Sequence record: NC_028927.1
Origin: Escherichia phage slur02
Direction: 5' to 3' (one strand)
DNA length: 64,000 bases
Each line of letters starts with the position of its first letter. Position 1 is the first letter of the stretch. Of the stretch, positions 27,125 to 37,656 are shown piece after piece. Below the pieces are notes generated by a model that saw nothing but the letters and a program-made list of their open reading frames with translations, searched no databases and had not been told where the DNA came from. The position numbers were made by a program, and so were the translations under genes.

Positions 27125-28547
27125 ATTTTAATTCATTCGCCAAAGCATCTAACTGAGCTCGAGTGGATTCATTTCTTTGATAGCGATTCTGCTCAGCCTG
27201 AATCTGTTGTGAACCTGCTACTTCACTCACTTCAGTTGGAGTAGAATCTTGTTCAATTTCTACCCATTTCTGATTTCCCTTTTGAACACCCATCAAAAAC
27301 TTATTCCACTTATTCTTATCGCCATATCGTGATTTGATTTGCTTAATGAGTTGTTGTTCAGCAGCTGCTAGCTCCTCAGTTTCAATGACCGCAAGCATAA
27401 AATCGGCTGTTGCTGGAAGACCAGCAGATTCTGCAATATCGCTCATGTTAACATCAGAAGAATCCCAAGCCTGTTTGCCGACCTGTGCTGCAGTCCAAAG
27501 AACAGTTTCGGTTTCAACAGCCAGAGCACGCAATTCCTCTGCAATAGCTTTAACAGTTGTGTAACTATTTTCTGAATAAACTCTAATGCGGCAAGATTTA
27601 CAAATACCTAGATAGTCGACAATAATGATTGTTGGAACAAAATTCTTTTTGAGCTTCAATTCATTCAAGAGAGACCTGAATGTATTAGCATCTGCTCCAC
27701 CAGTAGGATACTGTTTAACGATTAAACGACCAAGAGTAGATTTCTCACGCCATTTTTCCATTTTTCCTTTATACTCAGCGTAAGAAATATGCCCATCATC
27801 AATGTCATCAAGAGAAACATCAAGCATATTAGCATCAATACGTTTCGCACAGACTTCTTCAGCCATTTCCATGGAAATGTAAAGAACGTTATGACCAAGC
27901 TGCAAATAATCTGCTGCCAATGAACACAATCCTAATGACTTACCAACGTTAACGCCAGCCATTAAAACGTTCAGTGTTCCAGTCTCAGCTCCGCCTTTAG
28001 TAATTTTGTTTAGAATTCTGAGTTTAAATGGAACCTTACGAGCTTTATTCATATAAGATAGCCAACGCGCTTCATAGTCATCCATCCAATCATGACCAAC
28101 GTAGCTATCAAATGAAATTGATAATGCTTGGCGCATGATGTCAGGAATAGCACCAACATCCGGCATTTTCTTATTTCGTTTTTCCGGAGGAAGCTCAGCA
28201 TTAGTTTGAATTTCGATTATTTTAGACGTAGCATTAAACATCGCCCTTTGCTGAACATATTTTTCTGTTTCTTTTATTAACCAACTGTGGTCTTCCGGAG
28301 AATCAGCTAGTTTTGAAATAAGTGTTTTTACACCAGAATATTCTGTTTCAGTAAATGAACTATTTTCTAATGCAACATTTAACGCATTAATAGATGGAAC
28401 GCTATGATACTCATTAACATGAGATTTAATTAATTTGAATGTATTTTTAGCTGGACCACTTTCAAAATATTCTGAATCCATATATGGCCAAACTTTTGAA
28501 AAATAAGCTTGATCAAATATGAGATGAGAAAGAATAATTTCTACCAC
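27120..28547 (-). CDS. 41: gp41 replicative DNA helicase (DnaB-like)
   Basis: 475 aa; Walker A AGVNVGKS. Confidence 0.9.
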   Translation of the reverse strand: MVEIILSHLIFDQAYFSKVWPYMDSEYFESGPAKNTFKLIKSHVNEYHSVPSINALNVALENSSFTETEYSGVKTLISKLADSPEDHSWLIKETEKYVQQRAMFNATSKIIEIQTNAELPPEKRNKKMPDVGAIPDIMRQALSISFDSYVGHDWMDDYEARWLSYMNKARKVPFKLRILNKITKGGAETGTLNVLMAGVNVGKSLGLCSLAADYLQLGHNVLYISMEMAEEVCAKRIDANMLDVSLDDIDDGHISYAEYKGKMEKWREKSTLGRLIVKQYPTGGADANTFRSLLNELKLKKNFVPTIIIVDYLGICKSCRIRVYSENSYTTVKAIAEELRALAVETETVLWTAAQVGKQAWDSSDVNMSDIAESAGLPATADFMLAVIETEELAAAEQQLIKQIKSRYGDKNKWNKFLMGVQKGNQKWVEIEQDSTPTEVSEVAGSQQIQAEQNRYQRNESTRAQLDALANELKF

Positions 28548-28556
28548 ACTTACTCC

Positions 28557-28919
28557 TTAAAAGAATTTAAATTTTTTCTTTGACCTTTTATTAAATGCAT
28601 CTTGCAGTTGCATTGTAATACATTTTTCTACATGAGGAGCTAACTCAGCTTTTCTTTCTTGGTCAAGAACAGCAAAGTCCATTACAACCTTTCCATCAAC
28701 CCAATCCAGTTTTGTTACATACACTATATGTGTAGAACCGTCTTCTAGTTTAATGACAATCTCCTGGATAACATTTTCCATGGCAGATTTAATTATCTTA
28801 AGAGATTCATTAAAAAGACGTTCTTTTCTTTCTTCTTCCCCCTCCGAAGAGGGGGATTCATCGATAATTTCTAGATCTAAATCTAAATCATCTTTATTCA
28901 TTAAATTCTTCCATATCAC
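28557..28919 (-). CDS. 40: gp40-like protein (120 aa)
   Basis: Position between 41 and uvsX; acidic N-terminus; start may be an internal ATG. Confidence 0.6.
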   Translation of the reverse strand: MIWKNLMNKDDLDLDLEIIDESPSSEGEEERKERLFNESLKIIKSAMENVIQEIVIKLEDGSTHIVYVTKLDWVDGKVVMDFAVLDQERKAELAPHVEKCITMQLQDAFNKRSKKKFKFF

Positions 28920-30075
28920 TTAACTGTTCGAGGTCAGTTTCTAAATCAGCAGCTGATTTACTTTTACTTTCTGGAGATTTAAATTTTTCAACCTTTGAGT
29001 TAATCAATTCATCAACTTCAGCTTCAACAATTTCATTACTATCAATAGCACCTAACTGATAAGCACGTTTAATAGCATCTCGGAATGGTTGATGCTTAAA
29101 TAAAGGACCCCAGAATGTAGTGCAGTTGGTATCTTTTGCACGCCAAGATTTTTCTTCGCGAATCATCTCGCCGGTTTCTTCATCAAGAAATTCGCGAGCA
29201 TACCAGCCATTTTTTGGTTTTACTACAAATCCTAATTCTAGAGCCATATCTAACAATCCAGAATAAGGATCGATACCACCGTCAAATTTAACATCAATAA
29301 AGAATTTACTTTTTTCTTTAACGGTACGAGATTTTTCTACATTTAGAACAAATTGATACCCCTGAAGATCAGAACCATCTTTAATCTGGCGTTTACCGAT
29401 AATGAATACGGTATCAGCCGAATACATTACGCCTGTACCACCTGTCATCACGGTTTTACTAAACATTTCAATTGTTTCAATTGTATGGTTAACCGCAACA
29501 CATGGAATATTTTTAATGCTAAAATAAGGAGTAACAATACGGAATAATGACTTCAGTGATTTAGCACGAGTCATATCTGCCACAGATTTTTCATTCAAGG
29601 CATCTTCCGTTTCTTTCTTAGAAGCCATATTACCGATTGAGTCGATGAATACAATAACCTTTTCACCACGCTCAATAGCTTCAAGCTGATTCACCATGTC
29701 AATTTTCAGTTGTTCAACTGACTGGATTGGTGTATGAATTACTCGTTCCGGGTCAACTCCCATGGATCGCAAATAAGCTGGAGTAATACCAAATTCGCTA
29801 TCATAGAATAGACAAACCGCGTCAGGATATTTGTTCAAATATGCCGCAACCATAGTCAAAGACATATTTGATTTAAAGTGTTTAGAAGGCCCTGCGAAAA
29901 TAGTTAAACCAGACTGCATACCGCCATCAATCGCACCAGAAATAGCGATATTAAGCATTGGGATTTTTGTACGGATTACATCCTTTTCATTAAAGAATTT
30001 AGATGTAGTCAGTTCAGCAGTCATTTTAGAAGTGGAAGCTTTAATCAAACGGGATTTTAAATCTGCAATAGACAT
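28894..30075 (-). CDS. uvsX: UvsX recombinase (RecA-like)
   Basis: 393 aa; Walker A GPSKHFKS. Confidence 0.9.
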   Translation of the reverse strand: MSIADLKSRLIKASTSKMTAELTTSKFFNEKDVIRTKIPMLNIAISGAIDGGMQSGLTIFAGPSKHFKSNMSLTMVAAYLNKYPDAVCLFYDSEFGITPAYLRSMGVDPERVIHTPIQSVEQLKIDMVNQLEAIERGEKVIVFIDSIGNMASKKETEDALNEKSVADMTRAKSLKSLFRIVTPYFSIKNIPCVAVNHTIETIEMFSKTVMTGGTGVMYSADTVFIIGKRQIKDGSDLQGYQFVLNVEKSRTVKEKSKFFIDVKFDGGIDPYSGLLDMALELGFVVKPKNGWYAREFLDEETGEMIREEKSWRAKDTNCTTFWGPLFKHQPFRDAIKRAYQLGAIDSNEIVEAEVDELINSKVEKFKSPESKSKSAADLETDLEQLSDMEEFNE

Positions 30076-30128
30076 TCATTTTTTCCATAGGCATCATTAT
30101 ATTTTCCTCACTGGTTAAAGATAGAGTA

Positions 30129-30154
30129 ATTATAACACAATAAATTTAGGCATT
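30129..30154 (-). promoter_or_regulatory. middle promoter candidate for uvsX
   Basis: ATGCCTAA box-like element about 11 nt upstream of TATAAT. Confidence 0.35.
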
Positions 30155-31001
30155 AATCAACTGCTATTGGATGAATAGCATTAAACTTATGAAATGCTTC
30201 TGATTTTTCTTTACGCGAAACACACATGCGAAGAACCTTTAGTGGTTCATCTTCTTCACCCAACGATTTTCGTTTTTCAATATTCGATGTTTTCCAACGA
30301 GCTTGCTCTGGAAACTCTCTATTGATTTGCTCAAGCGCTCTATTATGTTTAGAATTACTGCGAATTGAACTACATCCGCCAGGAGCTTGTGCTTTTCCAG
30401 ATACAACCAGATATTTGAACAAGGCCAAATGCGGATAACCTTGATTAATTAAATTGAGAAATGCATACATATCTTCGCATAAATCAATTTTTCCATACCC
30501 AATTTGTTCTGTCGTAAGTTTTCCGAGGTCATACCATGTATTCGTGAATCCATATGAATTTTCACGATAATTACCCCAAGATGAAGTAATTTTAAAAATA
30601 GGTAGACGAGCATGGCCATGATAATACCCGCAATCCATAGCATCCTCAACATATTGAATCAATTCATAGAACTGTTCACGAGTCAATTGATTAATTTTAT
30701 CTACACAACGACGATCATCTCTTTTTCGCATTGAACTCATACGAATAGTAGTATCATCGTCAATCATCCAAATTCGTTGACCTGCATACATATCAGTAAT
30801 TGCTTTACGAGTTCCAGCAATTCCATTTACATCATCAGGAATAGTTATAATTTTAGCTCTAGACCCATAGGCATCATAATAAGCTTTTTCTTCGTGTTCA
30901 CGTACTACAATATGTGGTTCATAATCAGTCGGAAACATATCAAGGGCAGAAACTGCCCCTACACGTTGATAGCTTGGAATTACGAATTGAATCATTTCCA
31001 C
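30153..31001 (-). CDS. putative GT-A-fold glycosyltransferase (candidate DNA glucosyltransferase)
   Basis: 282 aa; IPSYQR strand and IDDD (DxD) motif; occupies the beta-gt position between uvsX and 42. Confidence 0.5.
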   Translation of the reverse strand: MEMIQFVIPSYQRVGAVSALDMFPTDYEPHIVVREHEEKAYYDAYGSRAKIITIPDDVNGIAGTRKAITDMYAGQRIWMIDDDTTIRMSSMRKRDDRRCVDKINQLTREQFYELIQYVEDAMDCGYYHGHARLPIFKITSSWGNYRENSYGFTNTWYDLGKLTTEQIGYGKIDLCEDMYAFLNLINQGYPHLALFKYLVVSGKAQAPGGCSSIRSNSKHNRALEQINREFPEQARWKTSNIEKRKSLGEEDEPLKVLRMCVSRKEKSEAFHKFNAIHPIAVD

Positions 31002-31732
31002 TCACCGTTATAATCTTTTTTCACAATATGAGTTTCGCCAGTATTCCACCAATGATCAACCAAGTAAAAATGACGAGAATATACATGAAGACTTCCAACA
31101 TTCCATATAATAGAACCTGCTTTATACTGACGAGTTGAATCGCCTGCATTCAAATCAGATACTAATTTATCTAATACGTATTTTTGCCATGCATAATCAT
31201 TACGGAATCCGAAGACCACGTCATTTGAGCGCATGCTTACTACTGCATTGACTTTCTTATCACGAATCAGGTATTGTACTGTATTAGTACACATGAAATC
31301 TGACATGCCATCTTTATTGTAGTCAAATTGCATGGATGGACGAGTATAAATCATGATACCACGTCGAGAATCAGGGTTTTGACCAAGTTCAGCTAAACAC
31401 ATATCATACTGGGCATAGTTATCTTCTGACCAAATAGCCCAACCATAATTTGAGTTAATTTCACCTTTAGAAGATGCTACCTGCTGCCAAATCTTTGGTG
31501 TTTCACCTGGAATATCTTTAACAAACAAGCTTTTAGATTTATACCATTCAAGTTCACGCTGAATGTATTCATCATTAAGAGCGCCAAAAATAAACGGTTC
31601 ATCTGCTACAAATGATGCGCCAATAATTTCAATAGTTTTAACACCAGTTTTATCAACTACGAAATCTTTTTCTTTTAATGCAATCCCCAAATGAAGACGG
31701 ATTTCTTCAACTGTCATAGAGTCATTAATCAT
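30992..31732 (-). CDS. 42: gp42 dCMP hydroxymethylase
   Basis: 246 aa as in T4 gp42; thymidylate-synthase-like. Confidence 0.9.
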   Translation of the reverse strand: MINDSMTVEEIRLHLGIALKEKDFVVDKTGVKTIEIIGASFVADEPFIFGALNDEYIQRELEWYKSKSLFVKDIPGETPKIWQQVASSKGEINSNYGWAIWSEDNYAQYDMCLAELGQNPDSRRGIMIYTRPSMQFDYNKDGMSDFMCTNTVQYLIRDKKVNAVVSMRSNDVVFGFRNDYAWQKYVLDKLVSDLNAGDSTRQYKAGSIIWNVGSLHVYSRHFYLVDHWWNTGETHIVKKDYNGEWK

Positions 31733-31739
31733 TTAAACC

Positions 31740-31889
31740 TCAATTGATACATTCATATTTAACTTGTAACAGTAATAAGCTCCAACCTAAAATAATAGTT
31801 GGAATCATAAGAGGAACCGTTACACTATAGTATATACTTATTATAACCATCAAGATTAAAAGCAACACTGTTATAATTTTGCTTTTCAT
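31740..31889 (-). CDS. small membrane peptide (49 aa)
   Basis: Hand-translated MKSKIITVLLLILMVIISIYYSVTVPLMIPTIILGWSLLLLQVKYECIN; ATGA coupling to imm. Confidence 0.35.
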   Translation of the reverse strand: MKSKIITVLLLILMVIISIYYSVTVPLMIPTIILGWSLLLLQVKYECIN

Positions 31890-32137
31890 TCCTTCTCTCT
31901 GATGATAATTACCTGATTTAGTTGTGCAGACTTTTTAGTTTCACCCGCAATTGACCAAATAAATGTAATAAACCAACCAATAATTGACCAGTTAAACAGT
32001 AAAGATGTGAAAAAGATTCCTACTGTCGATTTTGACCCACGCATCAAGGCGATAAACCATGGAAGCATGTATATAATAATAGCCAACACACCTGAAACTA
32101 AAACCATAAAAATTGAACCTGCTACTAAAGTTTCCAT
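31886..32137 (-). CDS. imm: Imm, superinfection immunity membrane protein
   Basis: 83 aa, two hydrophobic helices, length as T4 Imm. Confidence 0.8.
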   Translation of the reverse strand: METLVAGSIFMVLVSGVLAIIIYMLPWFIALMRGSKSTVGIFFTSLLFNWSIIGWFITFIWSIAGETKKSAQLNQVIIIREKE

Positions 32138-32144
32138 GTTTTCC

Positions 32145-32525
32145 TCACTTAGTCAAATTTTTTACACATGAATTATAAGAATTCACTACATACTCCATCG
32201 GAGCATTTTTACCAGTACGCCATTGGTAATTATTAGCCCAATTAGCCCAAAGCTCGGCGCAGTAGTTTTCAATTTTTTCTTCGCGTGTAATTACATCCGA
32301 ATTACGATATGCTTGAGCAGATTCATCTGGACGAATAGCTTCGTCAAAATTCGCCTGCATTTGTTCTACTGTTTGCTTTGGAGCTTCTTTATAACACTTG
32401 ACATTAGGATTATAAAATTTGCTTGAACAGTTTACAATTTTTCCTACATCAGACTGATTTACTACCGGTCCTTGAGCTACACAACCAGTAAGACCTAATG
32501 CAATAACCAAAATAGCGATTTTCAT
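32145..32525 (-). CDS. lipoprotein (126 aa)
   Basis: Signal peptide with LTGC lipobox. Confidence 0.55.
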   Translation of the reverse strand: MKIAILVIALGLTGCVAQGPVVNQSDVGKIVNCSSKFYNPNVKCYKEAPKQTVEQMQANFDEAIRPDESAQAYRNSDVITREEKIENYCAELWANWANNYQWRTGKNAPMEYVVNSYNSCVKNLTK

Positions 32526-32535
32526 AATAATTTCC

Positions 32536-32772
32536 TCAAATGCAAGTAGTAATTACTCCAGTAGTGCTTATGCAGGTATTACCCATTTGCACACCTAAAG
32601 ATCCATTGGTATTCACATGAAGATTATCATCAATTTTAACTGATATTTTACCATTAGTGTGAATAACGGTGCTAGATTCAATCACAGGTTGAGTATCATT
32701 TTCAACACTAACAAATGGAACTGCTGCTAATGCAACTAAACAAACTGCTAAGCATCCCATAACAATTTTCAT
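32536..32772 (-). CDS. secreted small protein (78 aa)
   Basis: Track ORF trimmed to ATG after TTGGAGAATAAAATG leader; N-terminal signal peptide. Confidence 0.5.
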   Translation of the reverse strand: MKIVMGCLAVCLVALAAVPFVSVENDTQPVIESSTVIHTNGKISVKIDDNLHVNTNGSLGVQMGNTCISTTGVITTCI

Positions 32773-32802
32773 TTTATTCTCCAAATCTGTATTAGTTGAT
32801 AG

Positions 32803-32840
32803 TTGTATAGTACCATGGAAGAACAGTCTTGTAAACAGTT
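32803..32840 (-). promoter_or_regulatory. early promoter with conserved leader
   Basis: Same module as at 1830, 5696, 57505, 58944 and 62514. Confidence 0.55.
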
Positions 32841-32922
32841 TTGTGAAATTTTTTTAGGGAATCCAAAGGGTCCAGAATCATCTGTTTTTCATAAGTATAG
32901 ATTTATATTACTTGTATGAAAA

Positions 32923-32940
32923 AGGGACCCGGAGGTCCCT
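32923..32940 (-). terminator. terminator downstream of gene 43
   Basis: GGGACC-UCCG-GGUCCC then UUUUUC. Confidence 0.65.
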
Positions 32941-32952
32941 AGATTTATTCTA

Positions 32953-35649
32953 TCAGCCAAACAGGAAGTCTAACGAAGCTTTTTCTTCATAGTCCATACC
33001 AGCCGATTCACACATGCCCGCAAGCGGTTTAACAAACGATTTTTGGAACAAAGTTGAGTAGTCAATCCAAGACAGTACGTCAGAACGAATTTCTTTTGGA
33101 AGTTCTGTTCCCGACGGCCAAGCAATGCACTTGTCACCAAATGGATTTCCTTCACGCAATGGAAGAACCATTACCTTATTTCCATCCAAAATTGGAGCTA
33201 CACCTAAACCGCTAACAGCTCGACGATAAGTTAGCACACCACGAATATGGAACGGACATTTAAATCCTGGCCAACCTTTATCATCATATTTCGCTATATC
33301 GTTCGCAGTTTTTACTTCAGCAATAACTTTATAGTCAAGCTGACGATATTCTTTCTCGAAGTTTTTGTAATATTCTTGGACAGACTCTTCACCTTCCTGA
33401 AGAATACGACGAATACTTTCTTCGAGAGCTTCTTGCACTGCTTTTGGTGTTGAACTCTGCTGAGTTTCCATACCCATGATTTTTAGATGTGGTTCAGCAA
33501 ATCGCTTATCTTCCATATCATAAACGTTCAGAGCATAACGCTTTTTCGCTTTCCAAAATCCGCCAACGCCCTTTGAACCAAGTGGAGGGCAAGAAATAGC
33601 TTCACGGTCCATATGCATCAGATGCTCGCGGTTATTCATATAATCACATAACTCACGATATGCAACATCAATCATAGGTTCCATCTTTTTCTTACCGAAC
33701 TGATTCATGAATTCAACTAAATCATTTTGTTCTTTAAAGCGGTCAAGACCAACTTTTTCAATAACTTTATCTACGCAAACATATACCGAATCAGTATCAC
33801 CTGCCGCGATGAAATCTTCACCATTAGTTCCGCATACTTTATTCAGATATTCATTAATTTTACGAGCAATCCACTGAATACCAACTTGGCCGAAAATTGT
33901 GATAGCAGTAGCATTTCGCAAATCATAGTAACGGAAATGAATATTACCAAGAGCACCATAAAGACTGTTAATGAGAATTTTACGGTTCAGCTGATTTGTG
34001 TTAGCAAGTGTAGCTGCTTTTTCACATTCTTCAATCAGACTATTGAGAACAGATTCAGTATAATTCGATAGTTCATTTAAGAAATCATCACTGAACTTAA
34101 CATATCGTTCAACTTCTGGTTTAGTTGAACAGGACCCTGCGCCTTTCATAATAATCTTTTTAATAGCTTCGGCATTCATTTCTTCAGCGAACATTTTCTT
34201 TTTCCAATCTTTACGCTGGAAAAATACTTTAGCGATTTCCTTTGGAATGATACCTTCTTGATGCTTGTCATACATCCATCCATTCGGAGAACAAGAATAT
34301 TCATCACTCGGTTTAGGAGCTGTTCCTGCGATATATTCATGAATTGGATGAACTTTAAACTGCCCACGAATAGTCTCAGGACTAATGTTAACCTGACGAA
34401 TAATGCTCGGATACAGAGACGTCAAGTCAAAACTCATAATATATCGACGAGCAATTGGTTTAGGTTCAAACACAAATGCACCCGGAAAACTCTGTTTAAC
34501 GTGCGAACCTTGTTGAGGAATAACCTTATGTTCACTTTTCAGTGAGTTAAAAATAATAGCATCCCAAGTTTTAATAGGACTCATTACACCAGAAAAAGGC
34601 ATTTTAGCATAATAAGACATACTTAAAACTAGATCGATAAACCCACGAATTTTATCAATCGCTTGAACTGATTCTACGTCAATGATGTTATAACTAATGT
34701 ATCGTTGATGATTAGTCTCACGAAGTTTATTAATAGGACCGTCGTATGGTAATTTACCTTTTTTGGTTTCATGTTGAGCAACTGATTCCAAAGAGAATGA
34801 CGGCAAATTAGTAAATGCGAATTTCTTATACAAATCTAAATAATCAAGAATAGATACGCCATCAATAGAATAAATTTCTTTGCTGCCGTACATATTTTGA
34901 ATTAGTTTAGATTTTACTCGACCGATTGGAGAGAAGCGTTTCATACTGCGTTCACCGAGAATCATTTTAACACGATTCATAATATACGGAACGTCAAATC
35001 CCTCAATATTCCAACCAGTAAAAATAGCAGGTCGTTTCTGTTCCCAGAGATTGATATATTCCATGAGCATATCACGCTCATTATCGAATGGCATATAAAT
35101 TACTCGGTCAAGAATTTCTTGAGGAACTTCATCACCACCTTCACAGTCAAGCTTAGCAGCTAACTTTGCATCCCATTTTGATACTGAACCGTACATTGAA
35201 TTCAAAAGGTCGAAAACATAAAAACGATCATCAATTGAATCATAATGAGTGATAGCATCAATTTCATATTCTGCTTTCATTGGGTCAGGAAATTTATCGC
35301 CAGTAACCTCAATGTCACAGTTAGCTACACGAACAAATTTTCGGTCATAAACAATTTCTGAACCGTATGTATCACTGATATAAGCGAGTTTAAAATCGTT
35401 CATACCGAGAGCTTCGAGACCGATGTCTTCCATTCGTTTCATCCAATCTCGAGCATCTTTCATTGATGGAAATTTTTGAGGAGCGCAGTTTTTACCATAG
35501 ATGTCTTTGTACTTTGACTCTTCCTTACAATGCCTAAACATAGTTGGAAGATATTCTACTTCACGAGTACGTTCCTTTCCGTTTTCATCAATATAACGTT
35601 CAACAATGTTATTTCCGACTGTTTCGATAGAGATATAAAATTCTTTCAT
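32953..35649 (-). CDS. 43: gp43 DNA polymerase (family B)
   Basis: 898 aa; exonuclease FDIE and polymerase DTDS motifs. Confidence 0.95.
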   Translation of the reverse strand: MKEFYISIETVGNNIVERYIDENGKERTREVEYLPTMFRHCKEESKYKDIYGKNCAPQKFPSMKDARDWMKRMEDIGLEALGMNDFKLAYISDTYGSEIVYDRKFVRVANCDIEVTGDKFPDPMKAEYEIDAITHYDSIDDRFYVFDLLNSMYGSVSKWDAKLAAKLDCEGGDEVPQEILDRVIYMPFDNERDMLMEYINLWEQKRPAIFTGWNIEGFDVPYIMNRVKMILGERSMKRFSPIGRVKSKLIQNMYGSKEIYSIDGVSILDYLDLYKKFAFTNLPSFSLESVAQHETKKGKLPYDGPINKLRETNHQRYISYNIIDVESVQAIDKIRGFIDLVLSMSYYAKMPFSGVMSPIKTWDAIIFNSLKSEHKVIPQQGSHVKQSFPGAFVFEPKPIARRYIMSFDLTSLYPSIIRQVNISPETIRGQFKVHPIHEYIAGTAPKPSDEYSCSPNGWMYDKHQEGIIPKEIAKVFFQRKDWKKKMFAEEMNAEAIKKIIMKGAGSCSTKPEVERYVKFSDDFLNELSNYTESVLNSLIEECEKAATLANTNQLNRKILINSLYGALGNIHFRYYDLRNATAITIFGQVGIQWIARKINEYLNKVCGTNGEDFIAAGDTDSVYVCVDKVIEKVGLDRFKEQNDLVEFMNQFGKKKMEPMIDVAYRELCDYMNNREHLMHMDREAISCPPLGSKGVGGFWKAKKRYALNVYDMEDKRFAEPHLKIMGMETQQSSTPKAVQEALEESIRRILQEGEESVQEYYKNFEKEYRQLDYKVIAEVKTANDIAKYDDKGWPGFKCPFHIRGVLTYRRAVSGLGVAPILDGNKVMVLPLREGNPFGDKCIAWPSGTELPKEIRSDVLSWIDYSTLFQKSFVKPLAGMCESAGMDYEEKASLDFLFG

Positions 35650-35667
35650 AGATATTCCTTAGTTTAT

Positions 35668-35685
35668 AGCCCGAGTTATTAGGCT
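35668..35685 (-). promoter_or_regulatory. gene 43 translational operator hairpin
   Basis: Minus-strand RNA AGCC-UAAUAACUCG-GGCU just 5' of gene 43 SD; loop matches the AAUAACUC operator loop recalled for T4 gp43. Confidence 0.55.
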
Positions 35686-35707
35686 CTTGATATATTATAC
35701 TCCAAAT

Positions 35708-35725
35708 AAGGGGCCGAAGCCCCTT
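35708..35725 (-). terminator. UUCG hairpin downstream of regA
   Basis: AAGGGGC-UUCG-GCCCCUU; weak U-tract, may be a stability element rather than a terminator. Confidence 0.4.
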
Positions 35726-35727
35726 GC

Positions 35728-36096
35728 TTAATTACCAATCGTATATTTAGGAACGAGTTTCCATTCATGTTTTTGTTTAAAAGAAATAACTCGGAAGTTA
35801 TTAGTTAAATCTTTCATAAAAGTTCTTTGACCAGGAACGATTTCAATCAGTCCCCAATCTTCTAATAGCCATGCAATCGAATCACGACGAACTTCATCTT
35901 CTTCTGTCATTTCAACTTGACGACCATCCATACGAAGCATTTCTTTAAAATGAACGATATAGTATAGTCCTTTTTTCTGAAGAATATGACAGGACTGATA
36001 CAGAACTTTATCTTTATTATTAGCAATTCCCATACGAGTCAAAGTTTCTTTTACTTTCAGAAAATCTTCAGGTTTTTTAAGAGTAATTTCAATCAT
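35728..36096 (-). CDS. regA: RegA translational repressor
   Basis: 122 aa as in T4 RegA; directly upstream of gene 43. Confidence 0.85.
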   Translation of the reverse strand: MIEITLKKPEDFLKVKETLTRMGIANNKDKVLYQSCHILQKKGLYYIVHFKEMLRMDGRQVEMTEEDEVRRDSIAWLLEDWGLIEIVPGQRTFMKDLTNNFRVISFKQKHEWKLVPKYTIGN

Positions 36097-36097
36097 T

Positions 36098-36661
36098 TTA
36101 CCATTCCAATGCTAGTTTTTTGAGTTGTTTCTGTTCTTTTACGTTCTTAGTCACTTCTTTCAAAAAATCATCCGTGACTAAACCTTTTAGTTCTTTTAAT
36201 ACTAAAGGAAGTTTTCCATTTTTAGTAAGAATTGATTTATAGTTAATTGCATCATTTGTATTAACTTGATACCGTTTAGCAAGTAACTTAATAATCAATA
36301 CTTCGGTGGAATCTTCAACCAGTTTTGCCCATTTACCATATCTTTTACCACGAGGAACTGCAGCCATTAGATAATTAAAATGAGCTTCATCACTTAAGCC
36401 TGATCCAATTAAATTCATAGCATATACAGCTGGCATGCACTCTGGAAATTGTGATAATGCATTTTCAACCATGAATTTTGAATAATCTTTTTGAGCAATA
36501 GAGCATTTAGTTTTATTATTAATAGCTCCAATTATTTCAAAAAACTCATTTTCAGCTTTTTCTTTAAAAGAATCAGCAGCGGATTGGACAGCTGTCCAAT
36601 CTTTTGAATACCAAGCAATTTGATGCTCGTTTAATTGAATATCATCTTCAAATAAGCTCAT
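36098..36661 (-). CDS. 62: gp62 clamp-loader small subunit
   Basis: Track ORF trimmed to [10 protein letters not shown] start (187 aa); TGA-T-ATG junction with gene 44. Confidence 0.85.
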   Translation of the reverse strand: MSLFEDDIQLNEHQIAWYSKDWTAVQSAADSFKEKAENEFFEIIGAINNKTKCSIAQKDYSKFMVENALSQFPECMPAVYAMNLIGSGLSDEAHFNYLMAAVPRGKRYGKWAKLVEDSTEVLIIKLLAKRYQVNTNDAINYKSILTKNGKLPLVLKELKGLVTDDFLKEVTKNVKEQKQLKKLALEW

Positions 36662-36662
36662 A

Positions 36663-37622
36663 TCACTTCCACTGCATTTCACATGCTAATTGAATGAAAA
36701 GATAAGCTAAATGTAATTCAGTGTTAGCTGCAATACCATGATACTGATTATTTTCACCAACAATTTCGTACATACGAATAATACTTTGTGGAGTTACACG
36801 TGAATAGATTTCTTCGGCAAGTTTACCCACGAACCACGAATAATCAGCTGCATATTTTGGTGCTAAAGCTCTGAGTTGTTTAACATCTTTATTTTTGAGA
36901 GACTCAAGAACATCATCAATAGCACCACGATCGTTAGTAACCAGTGATAAAATACCAGCATCCAAAACACCTTTAGATGAATAACTATCGAGCTCGCCAA
37001 TAGTTTTACGAAAATCAGGAAAATTCTTTTTAACCAAAGCTGCTACAACTTTCATATCAGCTATAGCAATTCCTTCATGCTTGCAGATTTCAGTCAATCG
37101 ACGAATCATCTGCTTCATCATTTCAATTTTATCTTCATCGGTCGGTTGACCGAATGTAATAACTCGGCAGCGTGACTGAAGCGGTTTAATAATACCATCA
37201 ATATTGTTAGCAGTAATAATAATACTACAGTTTGAACTATAAGCTTCCATAAAGGAACGAAGATGTCGCTGAGACTCTGCTAACCCTGAGCGGTCAAATT
37301 CATCAATAACGATTACTTTTTGACGACCATCAAATGAAGCTGCACTGGCAAAATTAGTCAAAGGACCACGAACGAAATCAATTTTACAATCTGACCCATT
37401 CACAAACATCATATCAGCATTTACATCATGACACAATGCTTTCGCTACAGTTGTTTTACCTGTTCCTGGAGAAGGAGAATGAAGAATAATATGTGGAATC
37501 TTACCTTTACTTGTAATAGATTTAAAGGTTTCTTTATCAAAGGCGGGAAGAATACATTCATCGATAGTAGATGGACGATATTTCTGTTCAAGAATGTGTT
37601 CTTTTTCATTTACGGTAATCAT
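36663..37622 (-). CDS. 44: gp44 clamp-loader AAA+ subunit
   Basis: Track ORF trimmed to MITVNEKEH start (319 aa); Walker A SPGTGKTT. Confidence 0.9.
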
Positions 37623-37656
37623 AATTTCCTCATTCAAGTTTTAGTGTAAATTATAA

